Part shown: positions 1 through 14,400 of the stretch, piece after piece | Layout: each line of letters opens with the position of its first letter | Numbering within the stretch: position 1 is the first letter of the stretch | The notes under the pieces: model-generated | Told to the model about the DNA's origin: nothing | The model's database searches: none | Seen by the model: only the letters and a program-made list of their open reading frames with translations | NCBI GenBank assembly: GCA_030141605.1 | Contig: JAQGDQ010001968.1 | Coordinates: 1-19,117 of the forward strand | DNA length: 19,117 nucleotides | Direction of reading: 5' to 3' | Origin: Tubiluchus corallicola | Lineage: Eukaryota > Animalia > Priapulida | Made by a program: the position numbers and the translations under genes

Positions 1-113
1 TAAGGATCACGACTGCATCGTTCTAAATAAGGAGACAGGGTATTGGAGTAAAGCAGAATGTGGTGAAAAGCATAGGTACGCTTGCGAAAGTGAAGCACGC
101 TCTAATATGATAG
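1..113 (+). CDS. Exon (5' end outside window) of a tandem C-type lectin domain protein; C-terminal part of the first visible CTLD
   Basis: Frame from base 2 reads KDHDCIVLNKETGYWSKAECGEKHRYACESEARSNMI, the C-x9-W-x4-C-x7-C-E pattern that ends a CTLD. It is followed by donor AG|GTATGT, phase 1. Not in the ORF track. Confidence 0.9.
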
Positions 114-375
114 GTATGTAAATGCAACATTTGAATTTTGACAAACTCAATAGTCGAGTGTTCACGTATGTGGTTAGCTGCAATAGCTAAAATTGTGATT
201 AGTAAATGCGGTTAAGATTCCTCTGCTGCCTAATCTTATAGGTTTGATGCTTGATAAACTGACAGGTTCCAGGGCTCCTCTGTAGTGAACAACTGGCTTG
301 CACTGTGCTAAAAACAACAGGGTATAGAAAATGCGTTTGCAATAAGAATTGTGTAAATAAAGTGCATTTTTTCTT

Positions 376-1726
376 TGTGTACAGTGCACAAAACACCGTG
401 CAAATACAGTAGACTTTCATGTGTTCATTGTATACGGTGCATAGTGCACGCAAATACAGTAGACTTTCATGTATTCATTGTATACAGTGCACAGTACGCG
501 CAAATACAGTAGACTTTCATGTATTCATTGTATACGGTGCATAGTGCACGCAAATACAGTAGACTTTCATGTGTTCATTGTATACGGTGCATAGTACACG
601 CAAATACAGTAGACTTTCATGTATTCATTGTATACGGTGCACAGTGCACGCAAATACAGGACACTTTCATGTGTTCATTGTATACAGTCCGCAGTACGCG
701 CAAATACAGTAGACTTTCATGTATTCATTGTATACGGTGCATAGTGCACGCAAATACAGTAGACTTTCATGTGTTCATTGTATACGGTGCATAGTACACG
801 CAAATACAGTAGACTTTCATGTATTCATTGTATACGGTGCACAGTGCACGCAAATACAGGACACTTTCATGTGTTCATTGTATACAGTCCGCAGTACACG
901 CAAATACAGTACACTTTCATGTGTTCATTGTATACAGTCCGCAGTGCACGCAAATACAGGACACTTTCATGTGTTCATTGTATACAGTCCGCAGTACACG
1001 CAAATACAGTACACTTTCATGTGTTCATTGTATACAGTCCGCAGTACACGCAAATACAGTACACTTTCATGTGTTCATTGTATACAGTCCGCAGTACACG
1101 CAAACACAGTACACTTTCATGTGTTCATTGTATACAGTCCGCAGTACACGCAAATACAGTACACTTTCATATGTTGATTGTATACGGTGCATAGTGCACG
1201 CAAATACAGTAGACTTTCATGTATTCATTGTATACGGTGCACAGTGCACGCAAATACAGCATACTTTCATATGTTGATTGTATACAGTGCACAGTGCACG
1301 CAAATTCAGTGCGCTTTCATGCGTTCATTGTATACAGTGCACAGTGCACAGTACACGCAAATACAGTACACTTTCATGTGTTCATTGTATACAGTGCACA
1401 GTGCACAGTACACGCAGATACAGTACACTTTCATGTGTTCATTGTATTTCATGCATTCATTGTATACGGTGCACAGTACACCCAAATACAGTGCACTTTC
1501 ATGCGTTCGTTGTATACCGTGCACAGTACACATAAATACAGTATAGTTTCTTGTGTTCATTGCATACAGTGCACAGTACACGCAAGTACAGTATCCTTTC
1601 ATGTATTTATTGTATATAGTGCACTGTACACGCAAATACAGTAGACTTTCATGTATTTATTGTATATAAGGCACTGTACACGCAAATACAGTATAGTTTC
1701 ATGTATTTATTGTATACAGTGCACGG
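376..1726. repeat. 50-bp unit minisatellite, about 27 copies, intronic
   Basis: Tandem unit ATGT(G/A)TTCATTGTATAC(G/A)GTGCA(T/C)AGT(G/A)CACGCAAATACAGTA(G/C)ACTTTC with 50-bp period; more degenerate after about 1300. Confidence 0.97.
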
Positions 1727-1783
1727 TTATTTTTCTCATCTTACATTTTTTGCTGTCTCTGATTTCCTTTATTATTATTTTAG

Positions 1784-1991
1784 ACCGCTCATTTGCTTGT
1801 CCAAACACTTGGAAATCTTTTAATATCCGAACTTGTTTGAAAGTTGTAAAGTTTTCTGGTAAAACGTTTTACGAGACAGAGAAAGCGTGCCATGAAGAAG
1901 CCGGCTTTCGAATTAGTCACCTTGCAAAAGTTGATTCAGAAGACAAGCTGGATTTTATTGCAGAGGAAATGCACAATTCAGCTGTGACTGA
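1784..1991 (+). CDS. Exon: N-terminal third of the second CTLD
   Basis: Pyrimidine tract plus TTTTAG acceptor, donor GA|GTAAGT. Phase 1 in, phase 2 out. Encodes (D)RSFACPNTWKSFNIRTCLKVVKFSGKTFYETEKACHEEAGFRISHLAKVDSEDKLDFIAEEMHNSAVT, matching CP-x-x-W...C...C...HLA-x-V-x-S-x-x-x-x-x-FI of long-form CTLDs. Confidence 0.93.
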
Positions 1992-2063
1992 GTAAGTTTC
2001 TGTAAAGTTTGTTATTTGGTTCGTTTCACATCATATTTTATAAAAAAGGCTTTGAGTTGTTTA

Positions 2064-2465
2064 GCCGTATCATAGAGATACATATAGTGCAAGTACTGAA
2101 AAATGTCTGATGTGTGTTGTCCATATAACGATATGATATAGATATATACAGTGTAAGTACTGAAAAATGTCTGATGCGTCTTGTCCGTATAACGATATGA
2201 TATAGATATATACAGTGCAAGTACTGAAAAATGTCTGATACGTCTTGTCCGTATAACGATGTGATATAGATATATACAGTGTAAGTACTGATAAATGTCT
2301 GATGCGTCTTGTCCGTATAACGATATGATATAGATATATACAGTGTAAGTACTGAAACATGTCTGATACGTCTTGTCCGTATAACGATATGATATAGATA
2401 CATACAGTGAAAGTACTGAAACATGTCTGATACGTCTTGCCCGTATAACGATATGATATAAGTAC
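2064..2465. repeat. 64-bp unit minisatellite, about 6 copies, intronic
   Basis: AAGTACTGA recurs at 2091, 2155, 2219, 2283, 2347 and 2411; unit GTCCGTATAACGATATGATATAGATATATACAGTGTAAGTACTGAAAAATGTCTGATGCGTCTT. Confidence 0.96.
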
Positions 2466-2545
2466 ATGCAGTCTGGGGAACTGAAAAAAGATTGATTTGT
2501 CTCTAAGAATCATTCATAACTGTCATTTCTTCTTTGTAATTTCAG

Positions 2546-2649
2546 AGCTTGGATTGGATTAATGAGACTTGATGAATCTCGTCCTTACAAACATGTACTT
2601 GACTTGAGTGACGTCGATTTAAATTTCTTCTCCGATTCTGGCAATAGAG
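2546..2649 (+). CDS. Exon: WIGL-containing middle of the second CTLD
   Basis: Acceptor TTTCAG|A, phase 2 matching the previous exon. Encodes (E)AWIGLMRLDESRPYKHVLDLSDVDLNFFSDSGNR. Donor AG|GTTCGC is weak, but it is the last GT before an in-frame stop and its phase 1 fits the next exon. Confidence 0.88.
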
Positions 2650-2842
2650 GTTCGCCATTTTAAACTTGTAAAACATTTTGCCATGTAACATCATTTTTAA
2701 ATTAGAACTGAAGCGACCAGTTTTTCCTTGTTCAGTCTCATTTAAATACATGAAGGAGCCTCTAGGAATGAACGACATACAACCAGTTTATAAAGGCAGA
2801 TTTACTGTATAGGACATTATGAACTAATTAAGTAATTAACAG

Positions 2843-3352
2843 AAGCCAATAGGTAATGATTAAGCAGACCAGTAAAGAAATTGATAAAGTAAATCATGCA
2901 CTAATTATGTATTTACAAAAGCCAACAGGTAATGACTAAGCAGACCAGTAAAGAAATTGATGAAGTAAATTATGCACTAATTATGTATTTACAAAAGCCA
3001 ACAGGTAATGACTAAGCAGACCAGTAAAGAAATTGATGAAGTAAATTATGCACTAATTATGTATTTACAAAAGCAAATAGGTAATGAATAAGCAGACCAC
3101 TAAAGAAATTGATAAAGTAAATCATGCACTAATTATGTATTTACAAAAGCCAAATAGGTAATGACTAAGCAGACCAGTAAAGAAATTGATGAAGTAAATT
3201 ATGCACTAATTATATATTTACAAAAGCAAATAGGTAATGATTAAGCAGACCAGTAAAGAAATTGATAAAGTAATTTAAGCACTAATTATGTATTTACAAA
3301 AGCCAAATAGGTAGTGATTAAGCAGACCTGTAGAAGAGAAATTGATACAGTA
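2843..3352. repeat. 76-77-bp unit minisatellite, about 6.5 copies, intronic
   Basis: GCAGACC recurs at 2864, 2940, 3016, 3092, 3169, 3245 and 3322. Confidence 0.96.
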
Positions 3353-3647
3353 ACAAATAGCTAATTGTTTGAGACTAAAGTTAAAGGAATTGAACTGATT
3401 TGTACATTAAGAGAAGGCTTATTAGGGTATATAGATAACTTTCTTTTATTGATAAAACAGTTTTAACTGTTAATAAAACTGTTTAACTGTTAATAAAGCT
3501 GCTTACCTATAGTGAATGAAGCTTTGCTGTGAATATTTGAGGAGGAACGATTGTTTTTTCTTTTTTAAATAAAAGTTTGCTAGAAATGTCCTTGCAAAGT
3601 TCTACATCAAGAAAATGATTCTAGTCTGCATCGTGAATCTCGTTTAG

Positions 3648-3824
3648 ACTGTGCAAAGGTGAAACTCCCTGGTGAGGAATTGGAAGAAGAAGAAGAAGTG
3701 GAAGACGAAGAGGAACAGGAACAGGAACAGGAACGGGAAGAAATGATTCCTGCAGAACTTTTGACAGAGTCGTGCTCTGGGTCACTCAATGCAGCAGTCT
3801 GTGAATTCTATAAACATTCGTCAG
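3648..3824 (+). CDS. Exon: C-terminal part of the second CTLD with a Glu-rich insertion
   Basis: Acceptor GTTTAG|AC, donor CAG|GTTTGA, phase 1-1. Encodes (D)CAKVKLPGEELEEEEEVEDEEEQEQEQEREEMIPAELLTESCSGSLNAAVCEFYKHSS, supplying the three remaining CTLD cysteines (DC...C-x8-CE). Confidence 0.85.
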
Positions 3825-4484
3825 GTTTGAGTTTTGCCACATTTGCTCCTCCACCTTGACACCAGTGTGTCCTCCTTTACTTTCGTTGTAACTGAAAGAG
3901 GTTTTGAATTAAGGAAAGGACAACTCACTTAGCATGTCGGGTGTATCTTACTGTTATCACTTAAAGCAGAACCGGAGCCAATGTTAAACTGTTGGCCAAA
4001 ACAACCTGTTCTTTAAAATATTGAAAGGAAACATACTATTTTTTCAATAATGACTTACGTGAAAGAATTGTTACCACACAAACACAATTTCTCGTTCGCC
4101 TCACCAGTTCTTCGCTGCTACATGCATTTCTCCATTCTGTAGTTAGACGGGCACTAGCACCTGCATTTCGAAAAGCATTGCACAAAAAACGGGTGCTGTA
4201 CCTCTCAGTTCAGACGCGTTAGCTTATGAGGTACTGCACACGCTCGACTGCTCATGCGTCTGTACAGCTGTAAATTTGAAATTTGAATTTTTCTTTTAAA
4301 ACTTGCCTAGTTTGTGTACAACACAGTGAATCTTTTGCAGTTGGACTGTTCTTCAATTTTCGCTTTCACAAACACGTGCAATACTCGCATGGAATGTTTT
4401 TGATGTTGAAAATTATGTTAGTTTGTGATGTCGTCAGTAGTTGGGCTCACCCCCCGTTAATTAAATTTTTAACGTATTTGATTA

Positions 4485-4729
4485 AGCCGTATAACTTTTG
4501 CAATTTTTTGGCAAAAAACGGCCGAAAATGGCCATTTTTGGAGGTTCTTTCGCACCCCGTTCCTCCCGGTGGGCCCGATTCGAAAAATAAACCATCAATG
4601 GCACGACACTAGATCAAGACCTTTCGTTTGATGTATAGAACGCCGCAAATGGTGCCCTCGTCGAAGCTGTAGCCTCGAATCGTATATATAAATATATATA
4701 TTAAGATACCAAGAATATTAATATATAGA
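4485..4729 (-). mobile_element. 245-bp Helitron-like insertion in the left arm of element A
   Basis: Absent from the right arm, whose empty site reads AATTA|TCAGAAAC. It is inserted between A and T with no target duplication, and the minus strand starts TCTATAT. Homologous to 9022-9258. No canonical CTRR 3' end. Confidence 0.65.
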
Positions 4730-5046
4730 TCAGAAACACTGTATTATTAGAAGTGTTAAAATGCATACTTTTAACAGACTTGAAAATGGGGTAGTATATA
4801 AAAAATCATCCTCTCTTCCTTTAAACTCTAGATATAACACAAAAATTTGCAGAAAATTGTTTATAAAGCATAAGGTTAATTTATGTTACCGCTGTATAGA
4901 CGTTTTCAGCGTGATGTTAGCCGTCATTACCGTGAAAATTATGACTTAACTGGGAGACTTTGTGACTTTTCGTAAGCGCGTCGTTGCTTTTCGTAAGCGC
5001 GCTGCTTGAACTAATTCAAACTTCTGCAGCTTATCTAACATTCATG

Positions 5047-7622
<2,576 letters not shown>

Positions 7623-8807
7623 GCGAAAATATCACAAAATGGGCAATAACTGTAATAACATCATAGCCGGCGGAAATTGGTAGCGCGCTACTTTACTTTA
7701 GTCAACGAATGACGTCATTGGTGGAAGAATGAGCGTTCAGAATGGGAACACTCAAGCATGAAATGATTGTGACTTTAAAGTGATTTTACTAATTACATGA
7801 GGCACTTATCACATTCATATTACTAAATCCTTCTAACATTTTTTACGAATATTGAAAAGAGCCATCTTTACGGCCATTATTGAGTGACTTTTTAAAAGAA
7901 GACCAAATGGTTTTTCATATACTACCCCATTTTCAAGTGGGATAAAAAGTATACATTTTAACACAACTAATACTGCAAAAGCGTTTCTGATAATTAAATG
8001 ATAGATAGAAAACTTTGTTAATGGCGGGCCAGCCCAACTACTCATGACATCACAAACGAACATAATTTTCAACAGCAAAAATATTCCATGAGCGTGTTGC
8101 ATGTGTTTGTGAAAGAAAAAATTGAAGTACAGTGCTACTGTAAGATATTCAGTGTGTTGTACTAAAACTAGGCAAGTTTTAAGATAAAAATTCAAATATC
8201 AAATTTACAGCAGTACTCACGCCTAAGCTCTCGAACGTGTGTAGTTCGTCACAAACTAACACATCTGAACTCAGAGGTACAGTACCTGTTTTTTGTGCAA
8301 CGTGTTTCTGAAATGCAGGCGCTAGTGCCCGTCTAACTAGCGAACGGCAAAATGCATGTAACAGCGAAGAACTAGTGGCGCGAACGCGAAATTGTGTTTG
8401 TGTGGCAATAATTCTTTCACGTAAGTCATTTTTGAAAAAATAGTGTGTTTCCTTTCAATATTTTAAAGAGTAGATTGTTTTGACGTACAGTTTAAGATTG
8501 GGTCCGGTTTTACTTCCACTAATCTCCTAATGTTTATGAACTCATAAAAAGTCGATGTTCTATAGTTAATGCAGTGTGTGATTAGTTAATGTCATGGGAC
8601 ACAAAAGTGTACCCTGCCTGCAGAATGAGCCAATTACATAAATAGTTAATACAAAAATACGAGTAGGTCATCAGTTAATACTTATTTGACATATACAAGG
8701 CCCATAGAACAGATACGATATTAGAAACCATTACTAATGTTTATCAACTTATAAGCCAATACAAACGCATATAAAAGAATCAATTCCAGTGGTATTAATA
8801 CAATTAT

Positions 8808-9258
8808 TCCGAGAGTCCCACCGGGCGCCGCTAGAACGCTTTTTCCGCAGGCTGTTTGGTCAAAATTTCGAAAAAATCGCGAGTTGGGTCCGGGAAAACG
8901 CCCGTTACGGGACACCGTGGCCCTCTCGCTAATTCTAGATAGGCCTATGACACCCATCGCTGAACGGGCTATCTATCCATACCCAGCACCACCCTCGACC
9001 CGTTCCCGTTCTCTACATCTCAGCCGTATAACTTTTGCAAAAAACGGCCGAAAAATGGCCATTTTTTGAAGGTTTTTCGCCTCCCCTTCCTCGCGGTGAG
9101 CCCGATTCGAAAAAGAAAGTATCAATGGCACGACACTAAATCGAGACCTTTCGTTTGATATATAGATCGCCGCAAATGGTGCCCTCGTCCGGGCTGTAGC
9201 CTCGAATCTTATATATATATATATATATATACCAAGAATATTAATATAAGAGTATAGA
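8808..9258 (-). mobile_element. Longer copy of the Helitron-like element
   Basis: 9022-9258 aligns with 4485-4729, including the (TA)n tract. The minus strand starts A|TCTATACTCTTATATT. GC-rich sequence continues to about 8808, so the left boundary is uncertain. Confidence 0.6.
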
Positions 9259-9534
9259 TAGAAATAATCCCAAAGATATGCAGCTTCAAATACAGTTGAT
9301 TCTAGCATAAGTTGTTCATTGATTGAAAAGACAGTCTGCAAAATAGCTCGAAATACAATTACGCTTACAATCAATTAGTAAAATGTTTAGTGAACTTTAT
9401 GTACTTAGTTGTACAACAATTTGAAAAGTATGCCACTGGATGGATGACCTGACCTGAGTTTATGAAAAATATTGTTGTTTATAATAGCAGGTGTAGGATT
9501 TGCGTGGATAATTTTTGACTTTTCTGCTCTAATA

Positions 9535-9967
9535 CAGGGTTCCCACATTCAGGAAAAATCCTAGAAAATCCTTGAAAATACAGGTTATCTTGGAAAGTCA
9601 TGAAAATGTCAGAGAATAAGATAATTTTGTAAAAAGTCGGGGAAAATGATGAAGATGGGACGAAAAGTCGGAGAAATTGGAAAGGGTTACAAAAATAATC
9701 ACCGTGAACCGATATTTTTCCTAACGTATTTTTCAGTGATTTGAGTTCAAATAAAATTTTCCTATGACAAGAATCCCAGTTTCAATTTATGTTCCAAAAA
9801 TAATTGGCCCACACATTATGTATCAGTATATGTATGCATATCCATATACAAAAATGTCTAAATATGTATACAGGTAATGCAATTTCTGCTTACCTTGGTC
9901 ATGGAAAATCAATATTTGGTCAAGGAAAAGTCAGGAAAATTTATTTTGAAATTCTGTGAGAACCCTG
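9535..9967. mobile_element. MITE, hAT-like
   Basis: Terminal inverted repeats CAGGGTTCCCAC ... GTGAGAACCCTG, with subterminal GGAAAAGTCA(T/G)GAAA-type repeats at both ends. Flanks CTAATA / ATAATA may be an imperfect 6-bp target duplication. Confidence 0.8.
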
Positions 9968-10137
9968 ATAATATCAGAGCTGATCCAATATTAGTTTTCT
10001 GTGTGTGTCGTAGTTTGAACACTCAAAAAGCACGCAAACACAAGAGCAAATATTTATTGATATAATATATGTGTCTTATGCAGGCTGTTAAAGTTTACTT
10101 TATGTTATCTGTTTAAAACATGTATTTGATATTTTAG

Positions 10138-10312
10138 CACGGTCCTACGAATGTGATAAAAATGACGTTTTCAATGGAGATGGGAAATGTTACCGTTACA
10201 TGAACGCTTATGACTTTTATAAAAATATGTTGGAGAAATGTGAATCTGCTGGACTTGATCCACTGACCGTTAAGTCTGATTATGACGTGCACGCCATTCG
10301 AGCTGCTAATTG
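10138..10312 (+). CDS. Exon: N-terminal third of the third CTLD
   Basis: Acceptor TTTTAG|CA, donor TG|GTAATT, phase 1 in and 2 out. Encodes (A)RSYECDKNDVFNGDGKCYRYMNAYDFYKNMLEKCESAGLDPLTVKSDYDVHAIRAAN, with C...KCY...C...LTVKS spacing parallel to exon 1784-1991. Not in the ORF track on this strand. Confidence 0.88.
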
Positions 10313-10368
10313 GTAATTTCATTTTCTTTGCTGTTATCATAATGATTTGCAAGTTTCGTGTTTTTTAA

Positions 10369-11380
10369 CCTTTAGCCGACCAAGTGGTTTTTATGTTACA
10401 ATAAAGACCAATCAGGGTAAAAAATTACCTCATGAAAGTTTTGCTTAATATGTGTTACTAACTGGACAGAATGACCAACTGGTAATTGAGGTGCTCCTAT
10501 TAGTACAACACCAAGCTCTATGGCAAGTTAGCGTAGATATATGCGGGCACCAAGGATAAAAAAGGGCTTTCCACCATTGCACTATAATGTTTATGCTATA
10601 TTATTATTATTATGCTTGGTTTTCAAGTCTTGTGAAAGTTTTTATAATAGCCTAACGATATTCACTGTTTAATTCTAAGACATCCACTTTGCCTGTCGTG
10701 GTGACTTTTGTGACGACAGTAAAACACAAAACAAGAACTTTTCCTTCTGCCATAACGCTAAATTTATTCTTTTCTTGAAAGCGCAATAAACATTTTTTCT
10801 CTCAATCTCAACTCAACAACTAACTTCCTATTTTAACTAGGTTAACTCCCCAAACCAGCTAGACGTAAATTAATTCGCTTTGGCTTCCTTACGGCGGGTG
10901 AATCGTGAAGACCAAACTTTACGACATTGCTTTCACTTGCTGGATCGTTTAAAATTTTATCTTCATCAGCTTCAAGCTTAGCCACCCGTACAGCTAAAGT
11001 TCCAGCCATGTTACTAAATGAAGAATGGCCACAAACTTTAGTATGAAATTTCCTCAACAGATCGTCAGAAGAATCACTTTGCAGAATTTGAAGTTTGCAG
11101 GACTTCTCAGTTTTAAATGTAAACACATGGTGTTGTCAGAAAGAAAAAAAAACTGCAAGTTAAATTCCAAAATCTCGTCTACATAAAAGACCATTTTGCA
11201 AATAACTTTGTAAAAAAGCATGAATAATAGTTTTCAATAAAAGCAAGGTATGGTGGCATGACAAATCGAAAAAAATTTACTCTCTACCAGTTTGATCATA
11301 TTTCATTGCCTGCATCAAGATAAAAAATGTAAGCAAACACTCCTGGGGTGATTTTTTACCTTACCTTGGTCGGCTAAATG
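10369..11380. mobile_element. piggyBac-like non-autonomous element
   Basis: TTAA|CCTTTAGCCGACCAAG at left and CTTGGTCGGCTAAATG at right, plus subterminal inverted GGTAAAAAAT(T/C)ACC. The right TTAA is not intact. Confidence 0.7.
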
Positions 11381-12375
11381 AAAAGACAAATCAATTAGAA
11401 TGTCGAGTTCATTTTTTTATTGTCACTTAAAGCACAAGGAAGCCCTCCACAAATTTAAACTCCCACAATGACTGTTAGACACAGCCATTTTAATAGTAGA
11501 TCGTTTAAAATAAGTTTAGACCACATTGCGTAAAGTTTGAAAAAATAATCAGAACATTCGCAGCACACATGTTACTAACTAAGTAAAGTTTTAAATTAAT
11601 GAATCTTGTCAATAAGATTAAAAATACGTTTTTGGTTAGTGAGTGGTGCACCCTGGAGGGTGAGTCAGCGACATTTTACCAAGTGGCACGAACATTTTAA
11701 ATTATTATTTCTAATTACATAAGTCTTTCCAGCACGTAAATGAAATGCTAAGTAATATAGATTTGCATGGAAAATTTTATGGGACATAATTTAACATTTC
11801 CTTTTCTTTCACTGATTTACGTTGCGCGTAGGTGACGTCATGTAATGGCGACTTCAGAACAGTGTTGCGGGAGATTTAAAATGAAAATGAACAAAAATTC
11901 CTTTCATCGCGATTACGATAGATGCATAAAATTGCTATAATGTAATATAACTTTTTAATGCCTTTCTTCTGAAACCTACATCTGGTACCCCTTTTCTTGT
12001 CCTTTACGCCTGGAAAAGTATAACAAAGGAATTTGTAAAAAATTATCTATAAAGTAAAAAGTTAATTTATACTAGCGTCGTATAGAAATTTTCAGCCGCC
12101 GTGGTAACCGCCATTTGCTTGAAAATTGTCACGTAACTTTATGACTTTTTAATAATCGCGTCGTGGCTTTTTGTAAGCGCGCACTGCTTAAAATAATTCC
12201 AACTTCTGACGCTTACCTAGTGTTTATACAAAGATATCATAAAATTAGATGTCTGTTTTTTGTGTGAAACCTTATACTTTTGACAGATAATTGACAATGG
12301 GAGCTCCCAAGCGTGAAATGATTGATTGCAAATTTGAAGTGATTTTACTAGTTACACGAGTCACTTATCACATTT

Positions 12376-13503
12376 TTCACGCGACTGCAAATAGTGCAAT
12401 TACAAGTTTCATTGTTGTTCCTGTTTAACATGGTGGCTATTGAGAAATTTCACTTTTTACACAATATTCATTAATTTTGTTACAACGAGTATTTACAACG
12501 AAAAAAACTAACAGATCCATTAAGAGGGGTTCTTGAGCTTTGTAATGTCACATTTTTGTGCCAAGATCATCTATGGGTTTTGGTGTTTTCGGTAAATTTA
12601 TTTAATGTTTTATGTTGTTTTGTTCAGTAAATGAAGCGTTTTTCATTGGGTACTAGCTAATTTAAACAAAAGTAGCTAGCATCTTCAAATAGCTAATGAA
12701 ATATCCAACGGAAATAATTATGTTATTTATCTAAATGCAGGACCTAAACTTTTTCAGCACTAATGATATTTGTAAAAAAAAATTGTGTAAAATTTCACAC
12801 AGCAGCAAGCTACAGCTTAGCTGGAACAATAGGTTGCCATGGGGTTTGTGACGCACAGCTGCTATGTTCATTGTCCTGCTGTAGCTTCTTTCTTCTTCTT
12901 CAATGAATCACACGTCCAGGGACATGATTCTGCTCATCTCTCTATGCCAGGACTCCCTACACGCTGCAATGCCCCAAGTGGATTTATTTCTAAGGATCAA
13001 TGCTGAAGTGTTTAAATCTTTCAGTGCAAAATCTAAATATGTTAACATTTGTCCTCCTGCAGGTTTTTTAGCTGCTTCCATGGCCTGTTGAAGAGCTATC
13101 TTCACTGGAACGTCATCAGGTTGTCTAAGCATATGCCCAATCCATCTTAAACGTTGTCTTTTTATTTTTCTTGTCCAAGATTCTTCTTTTATTTTTTCAT
13201 ATAGATCTTTGTTTGAAATTTTCTTTGGCCATCTAATACCTAAGATGTTTCTGTAATTTCGCCTTTGGAACGCATCGATTTCAGCTTTATGATTTGCTTT
13301 TAATGTCCAGAGCTGAGAGTTATACAGAAATACAGTTTCGACTATGGCTGAGAATATTCTGATAGCTTCTAACATCATACTGCTGGAATGGACATTGCTA
13401 AAGTTGACGTTACTATGGTGACTGAGGAATTTTTAGTCTGCCATCTAGGGGCGAGTTAAAAAACAATGCAAGTGTGTAATTCAACTACTTGCAGTCGCAT
13501 GAA
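12376..13503. mobile_element. Segment bounded by about 40-bp inverted repeats nested in element B (element C)
   Basis: TTCACGCGACTGCAAATAGTGCAATTAC... vs ...GTAATTCAACTACTTGCAGTCGCATGAA. The whole segment is missing at the homologous site in element A (7810-7824, CACATTCATATTACT). Confidence 0.6.
12661..13378 (-). mobile_element. RTE-clade LINE 3' fragment plus downstream sequence
   Basis: ORF 12908-13378 has LYNSQLWTL...RNILGIRW...ISNKDL...RQRLRWIGHMLR, typical of the RTE ORF C-terminus. The stop is followed by a short (GAA)n run. Confidence 0.85.
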
Positions 13504-14400
13504 TTACTAAATCCTTATAACATTTTTCACAAACATTGAAATAAGCATAATGTACCAAAAGCGCTAATTGGCCTTTCCTTTAATGCCCAAATGTGTGTGT
13601 GATACACAGTAAAGCTTCAATCCTTGTTCACTGCCTGTAGCTTGAGTCAAACATGTAGAATAACAAGATTTACAGAAAACACGTTGGTGTTAATTTCTGC
13701 ATGACTATTTCTTTTCATGCCGGTACGTATCTCATCATGGAGCTCCTATGTAGATGATGCATTTCAAGAATAATTCTCAGGACTTCGTGTATATATATAT
13801 ATCGTTGCCCAAATTTATTTTTTGCATTGAATGTAAAGGCATGTTCAAATGGCACTTTACCTGGTAAAATGTCTCTGACTCACCTTCCCAGTGTGCACCA
13901 CTGATTCGGCAAAAACGTGTTTTTAATCTTATTTGACAAGTTACAGTAATTTATACTTTTGCTTTGTTAGTGAAGTGTGCGCTACGAAAGCTCTGAATAT
14001 TTTTTCAAACTTCACGCAATGTTATCTAAGCTTGTTTCAAGTGACTTACCCACAAACTGGCTGCACCTAGCGGTCATCACTGGAGTTTAAATTTACAAGT
14101 TTTATAAAGAGATACTGTTAACGCAAGCCTTGTGCACAATAAGACAGTCTGTAACTGATACAAAATTTCAAACGATTTTTTCTAGCTTTGTGCTAGCGAT
14201 GCTTTAACATCATCACCTGTCATCATCATCATCGACTTTACATCACCTGTTAACAAACACTCTGTCTTTTAATTTATTTCAGGAAATGACAATGATGATG
14301 AAAGTGCTAGACCAAATGACATTTGATGAAAAGTCGTTATTTTATGAATTTCGTCGTAATTAAACAATTTTATGATAGTGATATTAATAATTTTTTGCAG

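Larger units (their letters stand above)
11451..14094. mobile_element. Non-autonomous DNA element with about 240-bp diverged inverted arms (element B), containing nested insertions
   Basis: 11451-11685 (AAATTTAAACTC...) is the reverse complement of about 13860-14094 (...GAGTTTAAATTT). Interior 12000-12375 and 13503-13550 align with the interior of element A (4815-5046 and 7624-7860). Confidence 0.65.

Noticed and set aside
199-1644. Many overlapping Cys/His/Tyr-rich ORFs on both strands
   Set aside because: They are translations of the 50-bp minisatellite; the unit is not a multiple of 3 and the same peptides cycle through all frames.
2012-2513. Three overlapping minus-strand ORFs
   Set aside because: Translations of the 64-bp minisatellite.
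3584-3647. Upstream acceptor (TTTGCTAG) extending the acidic exon with KCPCKVLHQ...
   Set aside because: It is phase 0 for the open frame; joined to the phase-1 donor at 2649 it reaches a stop within about 12 codons.
10842-11126. 94-aa minus-strand ORF inside the piggyBac-like element
   Set aside because: No transposase or other motif that I can recognise; not supportable as a gene.
14283-14367. Good-looking acceptor TTTATTTCAG before the real exon
   Set aside because: In the required phase 2 it gives an almost immediate TGA and encodes no CTLD motif.
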